DNA of 64,000 bases from Alphaproteobacteria bacterium (GCA_965221125.1 CBDCRW010000005.1:160001-224000), one strand, 5' to 3'; shown: positions 30,883-41,472, numbered from the stretch's first letter. Made by a program: numbers and translations. The notes: generated from the letters alone by a model not told the origin.

Positions 30883-31782
30883 GTGATGGACTACGGTCGT
30901 TACCTGCGCGGCTGGGCGCAGCAGGCGCTGCCCCGGCTGGTGCTCGCGCCGAGCTTCGCGGCGATCGTGCTGTTCGTTTACGGCTTTATCGTCTTCACCG
31001 TTTACCTCTCGTTCACCAACTCCCGCATCCTGCCCAAGTTCAACCTGATCGGCTTCGAGAATTACGAGAAGCTGTTCGGGCTGCGCCACTGGTCGACGGC
31101 GGTCGAGAACCTGGCGATCTTCGGCGGGCTCTACATCGCCATCTGCACCGCGATCGGGCTCACCCTCGCCATCCTTCTGGATCAAAAGATCCGCAACGAG
31201 GGTGTGCTGAGGCCGATCTACCTCTACCCGATGGCGCTCAGCTTCATCGTCACGGGAACCGCGTGGAAGTGGTTCCTCGACCCCGGCATCGGGCTGGAGC
31301 AGACCCTGCAGAGCTGGGGCTGGGCGAGCTTCGAGTTCGACTGGATCAAGGACCGCCAGATGGCGATCTACACCATCGTGATCGCGGCGGTGTGGCAGAC
31401 CTCGGGCTTCGTCATGGCGATCTTCCTGGCGGGCCTGCGGGGCATCGACAACGAGATCATCAAGGCGGCGCAGATCGACGGCGCGTCGAACTTCAAGCTC
31501 TATGCGCGGATCATCATTCCGCAGCTGCGCCCTGCGTTCCTCTCCGCCTTCGTCGTCCTCGCCCACATGGCGATCAAGTCCTACGACCTGGTGGTGGCGC
31601 TCACCGGCGGCGGGCCGGGGCGGGCGACCGAGATGCCGGCGACCTTCATGTACTCCTACACCTTCACGCGCAACCAGATGGGGATCGGCGCGGGGTCTGC
31701 CGTGATCATGCTGATGATGATCGCGGCGATCATCGTGCCCTACCTCTATGCCGAGCTGCGGGAGCCGCGCCATGGCCGCTAG
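30883..31782 (+). CDS. Sugar ABC transporter permease
   Basis: TM helices; EAA-like motif EIIKAAQIDGAS. Confidence 0.92.
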   Translation: MMDYGRYLRGWAQQALPRLVLAPSFAAIVLFVYGFIVFTVYLSFTNSRILPKFNLIGFENYEKLFGLRHWSTAVENLAIFGGLYIAICTAIGLTLAILLDQKIRNEGVLRPIYLYPMALSFIVTGTAWKWFLDPGIGLEQTLQSWGWASFEFDWIKDRQMAIYTIVIAAVWQTSGFVMAIFLAGLRGIDNEIIKAAQIDGASNFKLYARIIIPQLRPAFLSAFVVLAHMAIKSYDLVVALTGGGPGRATEMPATFMYSYTFTRNQMGIGAGSAVIMLMMIAAIIVPYLYAELREPRHGR

Positions 31783-32653
31783 CGCTATCGAGACGGCGGT
31801 GCGCACCGGGCGGCTCACGCGGGCGCTGATCTACGCCGTGCTGCTGGTCTTCGTCGTCTACTACCTGCTGCCGCTCTTCGTCATGATGGTGAACTCGTTC
31901 AAGGAGCTGGACGAGATCCGCGGCGGCAACATGCTGGCGCTGCCGGAGCTCGCCACCATCGCGCCCTGGATCAAGGCCTGGAACCAGGCGCAGATCGGGG
32001 TCCAGCCGACCGGGCTCGCGCCCTACTTCGTGAACTCGATCAAGATGGTCGTGCCGGCGGTGGTGATCTCCACGCTGCTCGGCGCGCTCAACGGCTACGT
32101 GCTCACCAAGTGGCGCTTCCGCGGCGATACCCTCGTCTTCGCGCTGATGCTGTTCGCCTGCTTCATCCCCTTCCAGATCGTGCTGATCCCCATGGCCCGG
32201 GTGCTGGGCTTCCTCGGCATCGCCGGCACCACCTGGGGCCTGGTGCTGGTGCACGTGGTCTATGGGCTGGGCTTCACCACGCTCTTCTTCCGCAACTACT
32301 ACGCGGCGTTCCCGACCGAGCTGGTGAAGGCGGCGCAGATCGACGGGGCTAACTTCCTGCGAATCTTCTACCGCATCCTGCTGCCGAGCTCCGGCCCGAT
32401 CATCGTGGTCACGGTGATCTGGCAGTTTACCAACGTGTGGAACGACTTCCTGTTCGGCGCCTCGTTCGCGGACTTCGATTCGCAGCCGATGACGGTGGCG
32501 CTCAACAATCTGGTCAGCTCGTCGACCGGGGTGAAGGAGTACAACGTGCACTTTGCCGGCGCGGTCCTGGCGGCGATCCCGACGCTGGTGGTCTACGTCG
32601 TCGCCGGCCGCTACTTCGTGCGCGGCCTCATGGCCGGCGCCGTGAAGGGATAG
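31772..32653 (+). CDS. Sugar ABC transporter permease
   Basis: ELVKAAQIDGA, VWNDFLF, FVRGLMAGAVKG. Confidence 0.92.
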   Translation: MAASAIETAVRTGRLTRALIYAVLLVFVVYYLLPLFVMMVNSFKELDEIRGGNMLALPELATIAPWIKAWNQAQIGVQPTGLAPYFVNSIKMVVPAVVISTLLGALNGYVLTKWRFRGDTLVFALMLFACFIPFQIVLIPMARVLGFLGIAGTTWGLVLVHVVYGLGFTTLFFRNYYAAFPTELVKAAQIDGANFLRIFYRILLPSSGPIIVVTVIWQFTNVWNDFLFGASFADFDSQPMTVALNNLVSSSTGVKEYNVHFAGAVLAAIPTLVVYVVAGRYFVRGLMAGAVKG

Positions 32654-32657
32654 GCGC

Positions 32658-33770
32658 ATGTCGTTTCTGGTGGTCAGCGGTCTCGAAAAACGCTTCGGCG
32701 CGGTCGAGGTGCTCAAGGGCATCGACATCAGCGTGCCGCAAGGCGGATTCCTCGTGCTGGTGGGGCCGTCGGGCTGCGGCAAGTCGACGCTGCTCAACAC
32801 CATCGCCGGGCTGGAGACGGTCTCCGCCGGCGAGATCCTGATCGACGGCGCCCGCGTCAACGAGCTGCATCCGTCGAAGCGCGACATCGCCATGGTGTTC
32901 CAGTCCTACGCGCTGTACCCGAACATGAACGTCGCCAAGAACATGTCGTTCGGCATGGAGATGCGGGGCGTGCCCAGGGCCGAGCGCAGGCAGGTGGTGG
33001 CCCGCGTGGCCAGCATGCTGCAGATCGAGGACTTGCTGGAGCGGAAGCCCGGCCAGCTTTCCGGCGGCCAGCGCCAGCGCGTCGCCATGGGCCGCGCGCT
33101 GGTGCGCGACCCGAAGATATTCCTGTTCGACGAGCCGCTCTCCAACCTCGACGCCAAGCTCCGCGTCGAGATGCGGACGGAGATTCAGAAGCTGCACCAG
33201 CGCCTCGGCACCACCATCGTCTACGTCACCCACGACCAGATCGAGGCGATGACGCTGGCCACCGTGATCGCGGTGCTGAAGGACGGCGTGCTGCAGCAGG
33301 TGGGCAGCCCGGCCGAGATCTACAACACGCCCGCCAATATCTTCGTCGCCGACTTCATGGGCTCGCCGTCGATGAACCTGGTGCCGGCGCGGCTTGACCG
33401 GGCGGACGGCGCGCTGGTGGTCGGCCTGCAGCGCGCCGACGGCTCGACCACGGTGCTGCCGCTGCACCGGCCCTCCGACGCGGCGCGCGCCTTTGTCGGC
33501 CGCGACGTGATCCTCGGGCTCCGGCCCGAGAGCATCGACGATGCCCCTTCTGCCGACGCCGAGGGCGCGCAACGCCATCCCCTCGAAGCCCACGTGGAGG
33601 TCACGCAGCCGACCGGCGCCGACACGCTGGCGATGATCCGCCTCGGCGGCAGGGAGGCCGTGGCGCGGCTCAGGGCCGAGACCGGCGCCCGCGCCGGGGA
33701 GCGCCGCCGGTTCATGGTCGACATGTCCAAGGCGGTGCTGTTCGACCCCGAGACCGAGGAGAGACTCTGA
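32658..33770 (+). CDS. Sugar ABC transporter ATP-binding protein (MalK-like)
   Basis: GPSGCGKS, LSGGQRQR, FDEPLSNLD, YVTHDQ. Confidence 0.95.
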   Translation: MSFLVVSGLEKRFGAVEVLKGIDISVPQGGFLVLVGPSGCGKSTLLNTIAGLETVSAGEILIDGARVNELHPSKRDIAMVFQSYALYPNMNVAKNMSFGMEMRGVPRAERRQVVARVASMLQIEDLLERKPGQLSGGQRQRVAMGRALVRDPKIFLFDEPLSNLDAKLRVEMRTEIQKLHQRLGTTIVYVTHDQIEAMTLATVIAVLKDGVLQQVGSPAEIYNTPANIFVADFMGSPSMNLVPARLDRADGALVVGLQRADGSTTVLPLHRPSDAARAFVGRDVILGLRPESIDDAPSADAEGAQRHPLEAHVEVTQPTGADTLAMIRLGGREAVARLRAETGARAGERRRFMVDMSKAVLFDPETEERL

Positions 33771-33774
33771 GCCG

Positions 33775-35277
33775 GTGAGCGGCGCATTCGACGTCGTCAT
33801 CATCGGCTCCGGCGTGGGCGGCGGCTGCGTGGCCCATACGCTGGCACCCACCGGCGCCCGCATCGCGATCCTCGAGCGGGGCGCGCGGCTGCCGCGCGAG
33901 GAGCGCAACTGGGACCCCGAGGCGGTCTACGCCGATGCCGTCTACAAGTCGGACGAGCGCTGGGTCGACGGCACGGGCCGCGCCTTCCGGCCGGGGCAGT
34001 TCTACTACGTGGGCGGCCATACCAAGGTGTTCGGCGCCACCATGTTCCGCTTCCGCCGCGAGGATTTTTCGGCCATGGAGCACGCGGGCGGGCTCTCGCC
34101 GGCCTGGCCCATCGACTACGAGACGCTCGAGCCCTGGTACGCCCGCGCCGAGCGCCTCTTCGGCGTCCACGGCGAGGCCGGCGCCGACCCGACCGAGCCG
34201 CCGCGCTCCGGCCCCTACCCCTATCCGCCGCTGCGCCACAATCCGGTGATCGCCGAGGTCGCCGAGCGGTTGCGCGCGCAAGGGCTGCGCCCCTTCCCCA
34301 TGCCGACGTCGGTGCAGGACCACGACGGCGGCGCCTGCGTGCGCTGCAACACCTGCGACGGCTTCCCCTGCCGGCTCGGCGCCAAGGGCGACGCCGAGAC
34401 CCGGCTGATCGACCCGGTGCTGCACCACGGGAACGTTTCGCTGCGAACGGAGGCGCAGGTCGCCCGCCTGCTGGCCGATCCGAGCGGCCGGCGCGTGGTG
34501 GCCGCCCAGCTTGCCGACGGCACGGAGGTCCGGGGCGATCTCTTCGTGCTGGCGGCGGGCGCGGTCAACAGCGCCGCGATCCTGCTACGCTCGGTCCATG
34601 CGAAGCATCCGAATGGTCTCGCCAACGCCTCCGGCATGGTCGGGCGGCACTACATGAACCACAACTGCACGGCGGTGATGGCGATAAGGCCCTTGCATAC
34701 CAACCGGGAGCCGTTCCAGAAGACGCTGGCGCTCAACGACTTCTACCTGGGGGACGGCGCGGGCGGGCCGCCGCTCGGCAACGTGCAACTGCTGGGCAAG
34801 ATCATGGAGCCGATGCTGCGGAGCGAAATCCGCGCCGTGCCGCGCTGGGCGCGCGCCTGGCTCGCCGCCCACAGCGTCGACTGGTACGCCATGTCGGAGG
34901 ACCTGCCGCACCCGGAGAGCCGGGTGACGGTGCGGGGCGACGGGTCCATCGTCCTCGACTGGCGCCGGACGAATGTGGCCGCGCACGGGATGCTCGTCGC
35001 CAGGGTGCGAAGGCTGCTGCGGGCGGCGGGCTTCCCCATCGTGCTGACCAGGGCGTTCTCGAAGGACACGCCGTCGCACCAGTGCGGCACCGTGCGCTTC
35101 GGCCACGACCCGGCGGCGGCGGCGCTCGACCCCTTCTGCAAGGCCTTCGACCTCGACAACCTCTATGTCGTCGACGCCTCGTTCTTCCCCTCGTCCGCCG
35201 CCGTCAATCCCGCGCTTACCGTGGCCGCCCAGGCGCTCCGCGCGGGCGAGCACATCGCGTCGACGCGGCTGCACTGA
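33775..35277 (+). CDS. GMC-family flavoprotein oxidoreductase
   Basis: IIGSGVGG, CxxCxxCDG motif, HQCGT, SAAVNPALT. Confidence 0.88.
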   Translation: MSGAFDVVIIGSGVGGGCVAHTLAPTGARIAILERGARLPREERNWDPEAVYADAVYKSDERWVDGTGRAFRPGQFYYVGGHTKVFGATMFRFRREDFSAMEHAGGLSPAWPIDYETLEPWYARAERLFGVHGEAGADPTEPPRSGPYPYPPLRHNPVIAEVAERLRAQGLRPFPMPTSVQDHDGGACVRCNTCDGFPCRLGAKGDAETRLIDPVLHHGNVSLRTEAQVARLLADPSGRRVVAAQLADGTEVRGDLFVLAAGAVNSAAILLRSVHAKHPNGLANASGMVGRHYMNHNCTAVMAIRPLHTNREPFQKTLALNDFYLGDGAGGPPLGNVQLLGKIMEPMLRSEIRAVPRWARAWLAAHSVDWYAMSEDLPHPESRVTVRGDGSIVLDWRRTNVAAHGMLVARVRRLLRAAGFPIVLTRAFSKDTPSHQCGTVRFGHDPAAAALDPFCKAFDLDNLYVVDASFFPSSAAVNPALTVAAQALRAGEHIASTRLH

Positions 35278-35286
35278 GGGGCGCCC

Positions 35287-36084
35287 GTGGCCGACACCCC
35301 GATCTCCTCCCTCGCCAGCCGCCCGGTCGCGCTGGTGACGGGTGCGCGGCGCGGCATCGGCGCGGCCATTGCCGTCGCGCTGGCCGAGAGCGGGTTCGAC
35401 GTGGCCTGCGCGGACATCCTGCCCGCCGAAGCCGACGACCCGGTACGGGCGGGAATCGAGACGGCTGGCGGCCGCGCGCTCGGCGTCACAAGCGACCTCG
35501 CCGACCTCGACGCGCATGGCCCCCTGGTCGAGACGGTGGCGGACTGGGGCGGCGGGCTGGACGTGCTGGTCAACAACGCGGGCGTGGTGTGGCCCGAGCG
35601 CGGCGACATGCTGGCGGCGACGCCGGAGGCCTTCGACCGGGTCATGGGCGTCAACCTCAGGGGGACCTTCTTCCTCAGCCAGCGCGTGGCCGCGTGGATG
35701 GTGGCGCACCCGCGGGGCGACGGCTTCCGCCGCAGCATCGTCAGCATCGGCTCGGTCAGCGCCGAGATGGCGACGCCGGAGCGCAGCGAGTACTGCATCT
35801 CCAAGGCGGGGCTCGCCATGCTCACCAGGCTGCTCGCGCTGCGCCTGGCCGATGAGGGCGTTTCGGTCTACGAGGTGCGGCCCGGTATCATCCGCACCGA
35901 CATGACCGCGAGCGTGACGGACAAGTACGACCGCGCCATCGCCGCCGGGCTGAGCCCGATCCGCCGCTGGGGCGAGCCGGCGGACGTCGCGCGCGCGACG
36001 TCTGCCCTGGTGCGCGGCGACTTCGCCTTCGCCACCGGCAGCGTCGTCCACGTGGACGGCGGCCTGTCGGTTCAGCGGCTCTAG
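35287..36084 (+). CDS. Short-chain dehydrogenase/reductase
   Basis: TGARRGIG, NNAG, YCISK. Confidence 0.9.
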   Translation: MADTPISSLASRPVALVTGARRGIGAAIAVALAESGFDVACADILPAEADDPVRAGIETAGGRALGVTSDLADLDAHGPLVETVADWGGGLDVLVNNAGVVWPERGDMLAATPEAFDRVMGVNLRGTFFLSQRVAAWMVAHPRGDGFRRSIVSIGSVSAEMATPERSEYCISKAGLAMLTRLLALRLADEGVSVYEVRPGIIRTDMTASVTDKYDRAIAAGLSPIRRWGEPADVARATSALVRGDFAFATGSVVHVDGGLSVQRL

Positions 36085-36086
36085 CC

Positions 36087-37673
36087 GTGCGCGAATACGA
36101 CTACGTCATCGTCGGCGCCGGCCCGGCTGGCTGCTGCCTCGCGGCGCGGCTCTCCGAAGACCCGGATGTCTCCGTGCTGCTGCTGGAGGCCGGCGGCGGC
36201 GACCGGCACCCCTATATCCATGCGCCGGCCGGCTTCGCCAAGCTCACCGGCACGTCGCACACCTGGGGCTATTCCACGGCGCCCCAGCGCGAGATCGACG
36301 GGCGCGAGATGTGGTACCCGCAGGGGCGCGTGCTGGGCGGCGGCAGCTCGATCAACGCCATGATCTACGCCCGCGGCAACCCCAGGGACTACGACGGCTG
36401 GGCCGCAGCAGGCTGCCCCGGCTGGGCCTATGCCGACGTGCTGCCCTACTTCAGGCGGCCCGAGGACAACGAGCGCTTTCACGACGACTACCACGGCTCC
36501 GGCGGCCCGCTCGGCGTGAGCGACCCCGTCCGCCCCCTGCCGATATCGGCCGCGTTCCTGCGCGCGGCGCAACAGGCCGGGCTGCCCTACAATGCGGACT
36601 TCAACGGCACGGCGCAGGAAGGCTGCGGCTACTACCAGGTGACCAACCGCAAGGCCCGGCGCTGCAGCGCGGTCGAGGCGTACCTGCGGCCCGCGATGGC
36701 GCGGTCGAACCTCACCGTGAGGACCCGTGCGTTGGCGACCCGCGTCGTCCTCGAGAGCGGCCGCGCGGTGGGCGTCGACTGCGGCCGGCGCGGGAGACCT
36801 GAGCGCATACGGGCCGCGCGCGAGGTGATCGTGAGCGCCGGCGCCATCGGCTCGCCCAAGCTGCTGATGCTGTCCGGCATCGGCCGGGGCGACGACCTGC
36901 GCGCGCTCGGCATCGACGTGGTGCACGACCTGCCGGGCGTCGGGCGGAACCTGCAGGACCACTTCGACGTCTACGTGGTGAGCGAGTGCCGCGGCGACTT
37001 CAGCTACGACAAGGTCTTGCGGCCCCACCGCACCCTCTGGGCCGTGCTGCAGTACCTGCTGTTCCGCCAGGGGCCGATCGCGTCCACCCTGATCGACGCC
37101 GGCGGGTTCTGGTACGCCGATGCGGACGCGCCGGCGCCCGACATCCAGATGCACTTCGTGCTGGGCTCGGGCCTCGAGTACGGCCTCGCCAAGCTGAAAG
37201 GGGCCGGCGTCACGCTCAACTCGTGCTTCTCCCGGCCCAAGGCGCGCGGCACGGTGACGCTGCGGGACGCCGACCCGCGCGAGCCGCCCGCCATCGACCC
37301 CAACTACTGGGGCGACCCTTACGACCACGAGATGTCGCTCAGGGGCTTCAAGCTCGCCCGCGAGATCATGGCGCAGGAGGCGTTCCGCCCCTTCATCCTG
37401 TGCGAGCGCCATCCCGGCCCCGACGTGCGGAGCGACGCCGATATCGCCGCCTATGCCCGCAGGGCGGGCAAGACGGATTTCCACCCGGTGGGCACCTGCA
37501 AGATGGGAAGCGACGACATGGCGGTGGTGGACCCTGCCTTGAAGGTGCGGGGCCTCGACGGTCTGCGGGTCATCGATTCGTCCGTGATGCCGCTGCTCAC
37601 CACGGGCAACACCAACGCGCCGACCATCATGGTGGCGGAAAAGGGCGCCGACCACGTGCGCGGCCTGATCTGA
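36087..37673 (+). CDS. GMC oxidoreductase (choline/sorbose dehydrogenase-like)
   Basis: YDYVIVGAG, GRVLGGGSSINAMIY, NLQDH, HPVGTCKMG, GNTNAPT. Confidence 0.9.
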   Translation: MREYDYVIVGAGPAGCCLAARLSEDPDVSVLLLEAGGGDRHPYIHAPAGFAKLTGTSHTWGYSTAPQREIDGREMWYPQGRVLGGGSSINAMIYARGNPRDYDGWAAAGCPGWAYADVLPYFRRPEDNERFHDDYHGSGGPLGVSDPVRPLPISAAFLRAAQQAGLPYNADFNGTAQEGCGYYQVTNRKARRCSAVEAYLRPAMARSNLTVRTRALATRVVLESGRAVGVDCGRRGRPERIRAAREVIVSAGAIGSPKLLMLSGIGRGDDLRALGIDVVHDLPGVGRNLQDHFDVYVVSECRGDFSYDKVLRPHRTLWAVLQYLLFRQGPIASTLIDAGGFWYADADAPAPDIQMHFVLGSGLEYGLAKLKGAGVTLNSCFSRPKARGTVTLRDADPREPPAIDPNYWGDPYDHEMSLRGFKLAREIMAQEAFRPFILCERHPGPDVRSDADIAAYARRAGKTDFHPVGTCKMGSDDMAVVDPALKVRGLDGLRVIDSSVMPLLTTGNTNAPTIMVAEKGADHVRGLI

Positions 37674-37687
37674 GGCCGCGCGCGCCG

Positions 37688-38854
37688 ATGCCCGCCCTCG
37701 CCATCGACCTCCCCGACGAGACCGGCCGGTTGGCCACCTATGAGCTGACGGCGCGGCCGGTTGCGGCGCCGGCCGGCCCGCGCCGCTTCAACCGCCGGGC
37801 CTTCGCGGCGGTGCATGTCGTGGCCGACCCGTTCGCGGCGCAGGAGCCCGCTCAGGGCGCGGCCATCGACTGGGAGGCGACGCTCGCCTTCCGCCGCCAT
37901 ATTCTCGGCCTGGGACTCGGCGTCGCCGAGGCGATGGACACGGCCCAGCGCGGCATGGGCCTCGACTGGCCTGCCGCGAAGGCGCTGATCGAGCGCACCC
38001 TCGCCGACGCGGCGCCGGAGGAGCGGGCACGCATCGTCTCGGGCGTCGGCACCGACCACCTCGACCCGGCGGAGGCGCGCTCGCTCGACGACGTGGTCGC
38101 CGCCTACCACGAGCAGCTTGCCGCGGTGCAGAGGGCCGGCGGGCGGGTCGTGCTCATGGCGACCCGCGCGCTGGCCCGCATCGCGACCGGCCCCGCCGAC
38201 TACGAGGCGGTCTACGCCCGCGTGCTGGCCGAGGCCGAGGCGCCGGTGATCCTGCACTGGCTGGGCGAGATGTTCGACCCGGCGCTCGCCGGCTACTGGG
38301 GCGCGAACGACTTCCCACCGGCGCTCGAGACCGCGCTGGCGATCGTCCATGCCAACGCCGGCAGGGTGGACGGGATCAAGCTCTCCCTGCTGGACGACGC
38401 CAAGGAAATCCAGATGCGCCGGCGCCTGCCGGACGGCGTCAGGATGTACACGGGCGACGACTTCAACTACCCGGCGCTGATCGAGGGCGACGCGGAGGGT
38501 CACAGCGACGCGCTGCTCGGCATCTTCGACCCCATCGCGCCGGCGGCCTCGGCGGCGCTCTCGGCGCTGGCGACAGGCGACCTGGCGGCCTACCGGCGGA
38601 TACTGGAGCCGACCGTGCCGCTGTCCCGCCTGGTCTTCCGCGCGCCGACGCAGCACTACAAGACGGGCGTGGTCTTCCTCGCCTACCTCAACGGCTTCCA
38701 GGACCACTTCGTGATGATCGGCGGGGCGCAGGCGATGCGGCCGCTGCCTTACTTCACCGCCCTCTTCCGCCTGGCCGATGCCGCCGGCCTGCTGCGCGAC
38801 CCCGAACGCGCCGTCAGCCGCATGCGGCGCTTCCTCGGAGCGTTTCCGTCTTAG
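37688..38854 (+). CDS. DUF993 / DHDPS-like TIM-barrel protein
   Basis: FAAVHVVADP, GVAEAMDTAQRGMG, LHWLGEMFDP, GIKLSLLD, YTGDDFNY. Confidence 0.82.
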   Translation: MPALAIDLPDETGRLATYELTARPVAAPAGPRRFNRRAFAAVHVVADPFAAQEPAQGAAIDWEATLAFRRHILGLGLGVAEAMDTAQRGMGLDWPAAKALIERTLADAAPEERARIVSGVGTDHLDPAEARSLDDVVAAYHEQLAAVQRAGGRVVLMATRALARIATGPADYEAVYARVLAEAEAPVILHWLGEMFDPALAGYWGANDFPPALETALAIVHANAGRVDGIKLSLLDDAKEIQMRRRLPDGVRMYTGDDFNYPALIEGDAEGHSDALLGIFDPIAPAASAALSALATGDLAAYRRILEPTVPLSRLVFRAPTQHYKTGVVFLAYLNGFQDHFVMIGGAQAMRPLPYFTALFRLADAAGLLRDPERAVSRMRRFLGAFPS

Positions 38855-39012
38855 CCGGAATCGCTCCGAGTCTTTCTCGCTCACGGCAGCCGGTCGTCGT
38901 GCGCTTGCGCGCGCCTGCCGGCGCGACGACCGGCGCCTCCGCGAGGGCGCCGCATACGCGGCGGGCCGCTATCGCGGCCTGTCGCGCGTCCGTCAAGGAC
39001 GGCCGCGCTCTA
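38834..39012. repeat. Multi-hairpin dispersed element family B, copy 3
   Basis: CTCGGAGCG...CGCTCCGAG hairpin plus TCGCTCACGGCAGC...CGCCTCCGCGAGGGCGCCGCATACGCGG...CGCGCTCTA. Confidence 0.85.
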
Positions 39013-40041
39013 GCCTGTACGGTCCCGGTCCGCCAGCAGCTCGTTGATGCAGGAGTCCAGGAAGCGCAGGAAATCGCTGCCCGTGCGGCCGGGGGACGCG
39101 ACGCAGTGGCCCCAGGGCGAGACATAGGGCCGGAGGTCGGCGTTCGGCATGTGCCGCGCCTCGATGGCGTTGTCCTCGGGCGGGAAGTAGAGATCGGTGG
39201 TGCAGGGGACGAGGATCGCGCGGGCCGTGATGGCGCCGAGCGCGCGCTCGAAATCGCCCCGGTAGCGGTCGTTGGCGCTGATGTCGCCCAGCTGCCAGGT
39301 GTGGAGCTTGGCCAGCAGGTCGTTGGCGTCCCAGCCGAGGTGGTCCTGCTCCCAGTCGAGCAGCAGGTCCTCCCAGGTCTCGAAGCCGAGCTCGCGGTGA
39401 AGCCCCTCGCGGTAGAAGGTCTGCGAGTAGGCCCAGCCGGCGTAGACCCGCCCGAACGCGCGAAGCCCCGCCTCCGGCGGCGCCGTGTAGTCGCCGCCCG
39501 CGAATGCGGCGTCCGCCGTGAGCGCCGCCTTCACCCCTTCGAGGAACACCTTGTTGTGCGCAGAGGTCCGGGCGGAAGCGCAGAACGGCAGGATGGCGTC
39601 CACCATCTCGGGATACTGCGCGCCCCACTGGTACGACTGGCAGCCGGCCATGGACCAGCCGAGCACGAGGGCGATGCACTTGACGCCCAGCGCTTGCGTG
39701 AGCAGCCGGTGCTGGCAGGCGACGTTGTCGTGGAGGGTGACCGTGGGGAAGCGCGGCCCGTCGCAAGGCGGCGGCGTGTTGCTCGGCGATGACGAGAGGC
39801 CGTTGCCGAACATGTTGATCGAGACGATGAACCAGCGCTCCGGGTCCAGCGCCGGCACCTGCGTCACGTAGCCCTCGTTGCGCTCGTGCGTGCCGGTGTA
39901 GAAGGTCGGCATGACGATCGCGTTGTCGCCGTCGGCGTTGAGCGCGCCCCAGGTCCTGTAGGCGAGCCGCGCCGCCGGCAGCGTGGCGCCGGATTGCAGC
40001 GCCACGTCGCCGAGCTCGAAGGTCTCGTAATCCGGTGCCAC
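39010..40041 (-). CDS. Alpha/beta hydrolase, homoserine O-acetyltransferase (MetX)-like fold
   Basis: LAYRTWGALN, NMFGNGLSSSPSN, nucleophile GWSMAG, DLYFPP, WGH. Confidence 0.82.
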   Translation of the reverse strand: MAPDYETFELGDVALQSGATLPAARLAYRTWGALNADGDNAIVMPTFYTGTHERNEGYVTQVPALDPERWFIVSINMFGNGLSSSPSNTPPPCDGPRFPTVTLHDNVACQHRLLTQALGVKCIALVLGWSMAGCQSYQWGAQYPEMVDAILPFCASARTSAHNKVFLEGVKAALTADAAFAGGDYTAPPEAGLRAFGRVYAGWAYSQTFYREGLHRELGFETWEDLLLDWEQDHLGWDANDLLAKLHTWQLGDISANDRYRGDFERALGAITARAILVPCTTDLYFPPEDNAIEARHMPNADLRPYVSPWGHCVASPGRTGSDFLRFLDSCINELLADRDRTG

Positions 40042-40053
40042 GGTGGCGCGCCC

Positions 40054-41472
40054 TCAGTAGAGCCGCAGGTACTCCTCCACCTCCCAGTCGGTCACCGTCT
40101 GGTGGTAGCGCTCCCACTCGTCGATCTTGTAGCGGAGCCAGGAGTTCATCATCGTCGGGCCCAGCACTTCGGCCGCCAGCGGGTCGTCGCGCAGGATCTC
40201 GACCGCTTCCAGCAGGTTGCGCGGCAGGCGCTGACCGCCGCTCGCCACGATCTCCTCGTCCGTGAGGTCGTAGAGGTCCTTGTTGAGCGGCGGGCCGGGG
40301 TCGATCTTCTCCATCACGCCCTCGACCGCGGCCGCGCTCGTCATGCCGAGCGCGAGATACGGGTTCATGCAGAGGTCGGAGGCGCGGTTCTCGATGCAGA
40401 AGCGGTTCTGCGGCAGGCGCAGCATGGCGGAGCGGTTGTTGCTGCCGTAGGTCATGTGGGTCGGCGCCCAGGTCACGGTGCCGCCCTCGAAGCCGCCGAC
40501 CCGGGCCACCAGGCCGTTGTACGAGTTGACGGTCGTGGCGGTGAGCGCCGTGAGCGCGCCGCCGTGGCGCAGCAGGCCGCCGACGGCGTGGTAGGCGGCA
40601 TCGGCCCAGCCGGCGTCGTGGTCTCCGAGGATGTTGACTCCCGGATTGTCGAGGCGCTGGATCGAGTAGTTGATGTGCGCGCCCGAGCGCCAGTCGCCGG
40701 TCGTGGGCTTCGGCATGTAGGTGGCGAAGAGGCCTTGGCTCTTGGCCACCTCCTTCAGCAGCACGCGCAGGAACACCAGGCGATCCGCCATGCCGAGCAC
40801 GTCCGTGTAGCCGAAATCGAGCTCGAACTGGGAGTAGGCGCCCTCGCAGACCACGTCCTTCAGGCCCCAGCCGAGGTCTTCGAGGATGTCGATGACCGCG
40901 CCGAGGAAGCTCATGGAATCGATGGTGTACTCGATGTCGTAGCCGAAGGCCTGGCGGCGTGAGCGGACGCCCGCGCCGGGGAGCGGGTCGTTGTCGAAGG
41001 CCTTGACCGGCTGGCCGTCCTCCCAGCGCATCACGATGAACTCGGGCTCGATGCCGGCGTAGCCCACGTAACCCTTGGCCGCCACGTCGCGCATCACGCG
41101 CTTCAGCGCCTGCCGGGGGCAGAGGTTGTAGGGCGCGTCCTCCCACCAGAGGTCCGCGAACATCCAGGCGCAGGTGCGGTCCCACGGGCAGATGACGAGG
41201 GAATCTATGTCGGGAATTGGAATCTGGTCCGAGTCCGCCGCGCCCAGCTCCGGCACGAAGGAGATCGAGTGCACGGCGAACTGCGGCCCCTTGCCCATGC
41301 ACACGTTCTCGAACTCGCTGATCGGCACCGGCTTGGTCTTGGGCAGGCCGTGCATGTCGATCCAGCAGGAGAACACGTAGCGGACGCCCGCCTCGACAAG
41401 CTTCGCGTGCTCCTCGCGGACGCGCTCGATGTCAGGCAGCGCCTCCATCATGTTACCCGGTGCTGTGTTCAT
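40054..41472 (-). CDS. Glutamine synthetase-like (gamma-glutamyl amide ligase type)
   Basis: GIEPEF, SQFE, MPKP, SGAH, NSY, NNRSAMLR, IENR...NPYL. Confidence 0.88.
   Translation of the reverse strand: MNTAPGNMMEALPDIERVREEHAKLVEAGVRYVFSCWIDMHGLPKTKPVPISEFENVCMGKGPQFAVHSISFVPELGAADSDQIPIPDIDSLVICPWDRTCAWMFADLWWEDAPYNLCPRQALKRVMRDVAAKGYVGYAGIEPEFIVMRWEDGQPVKAFDNDPLPGAGVRSRRQAFGYDIEYTIDSMSFLGAVIDILEDLGWGLKDVVCEGAYSQFELDFGYTDVLGMADRLVFLRVLLKEVAKSQGLFATYMPKPTTGDWRSGAHINYSIQRLDNPGVNILGDHDAGWADAAYHAVGGLLRHGGALTALTATTVNSYNGLVARVGGFEGGTVTWAPTHMTYGSNNRSAMLRLPQNRFCIENRASDLCMNPYLALGMTSAAAVEGVMEKIDPGPPLNKDLYDLTDEEIVASGGQRLPRNLLEAVEILRDDPLAAEVLGPTMMNSWLRYKIDEWERYHQTVTDWEVEEYLRLY

Noticed and set aside
40054-41472. 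Housekeeping glutamine synthetase glnA
   Set aside because: Lacks GSI-type features (FDGSS motif, glnB linkage) and has altered substrate-pocket motifs
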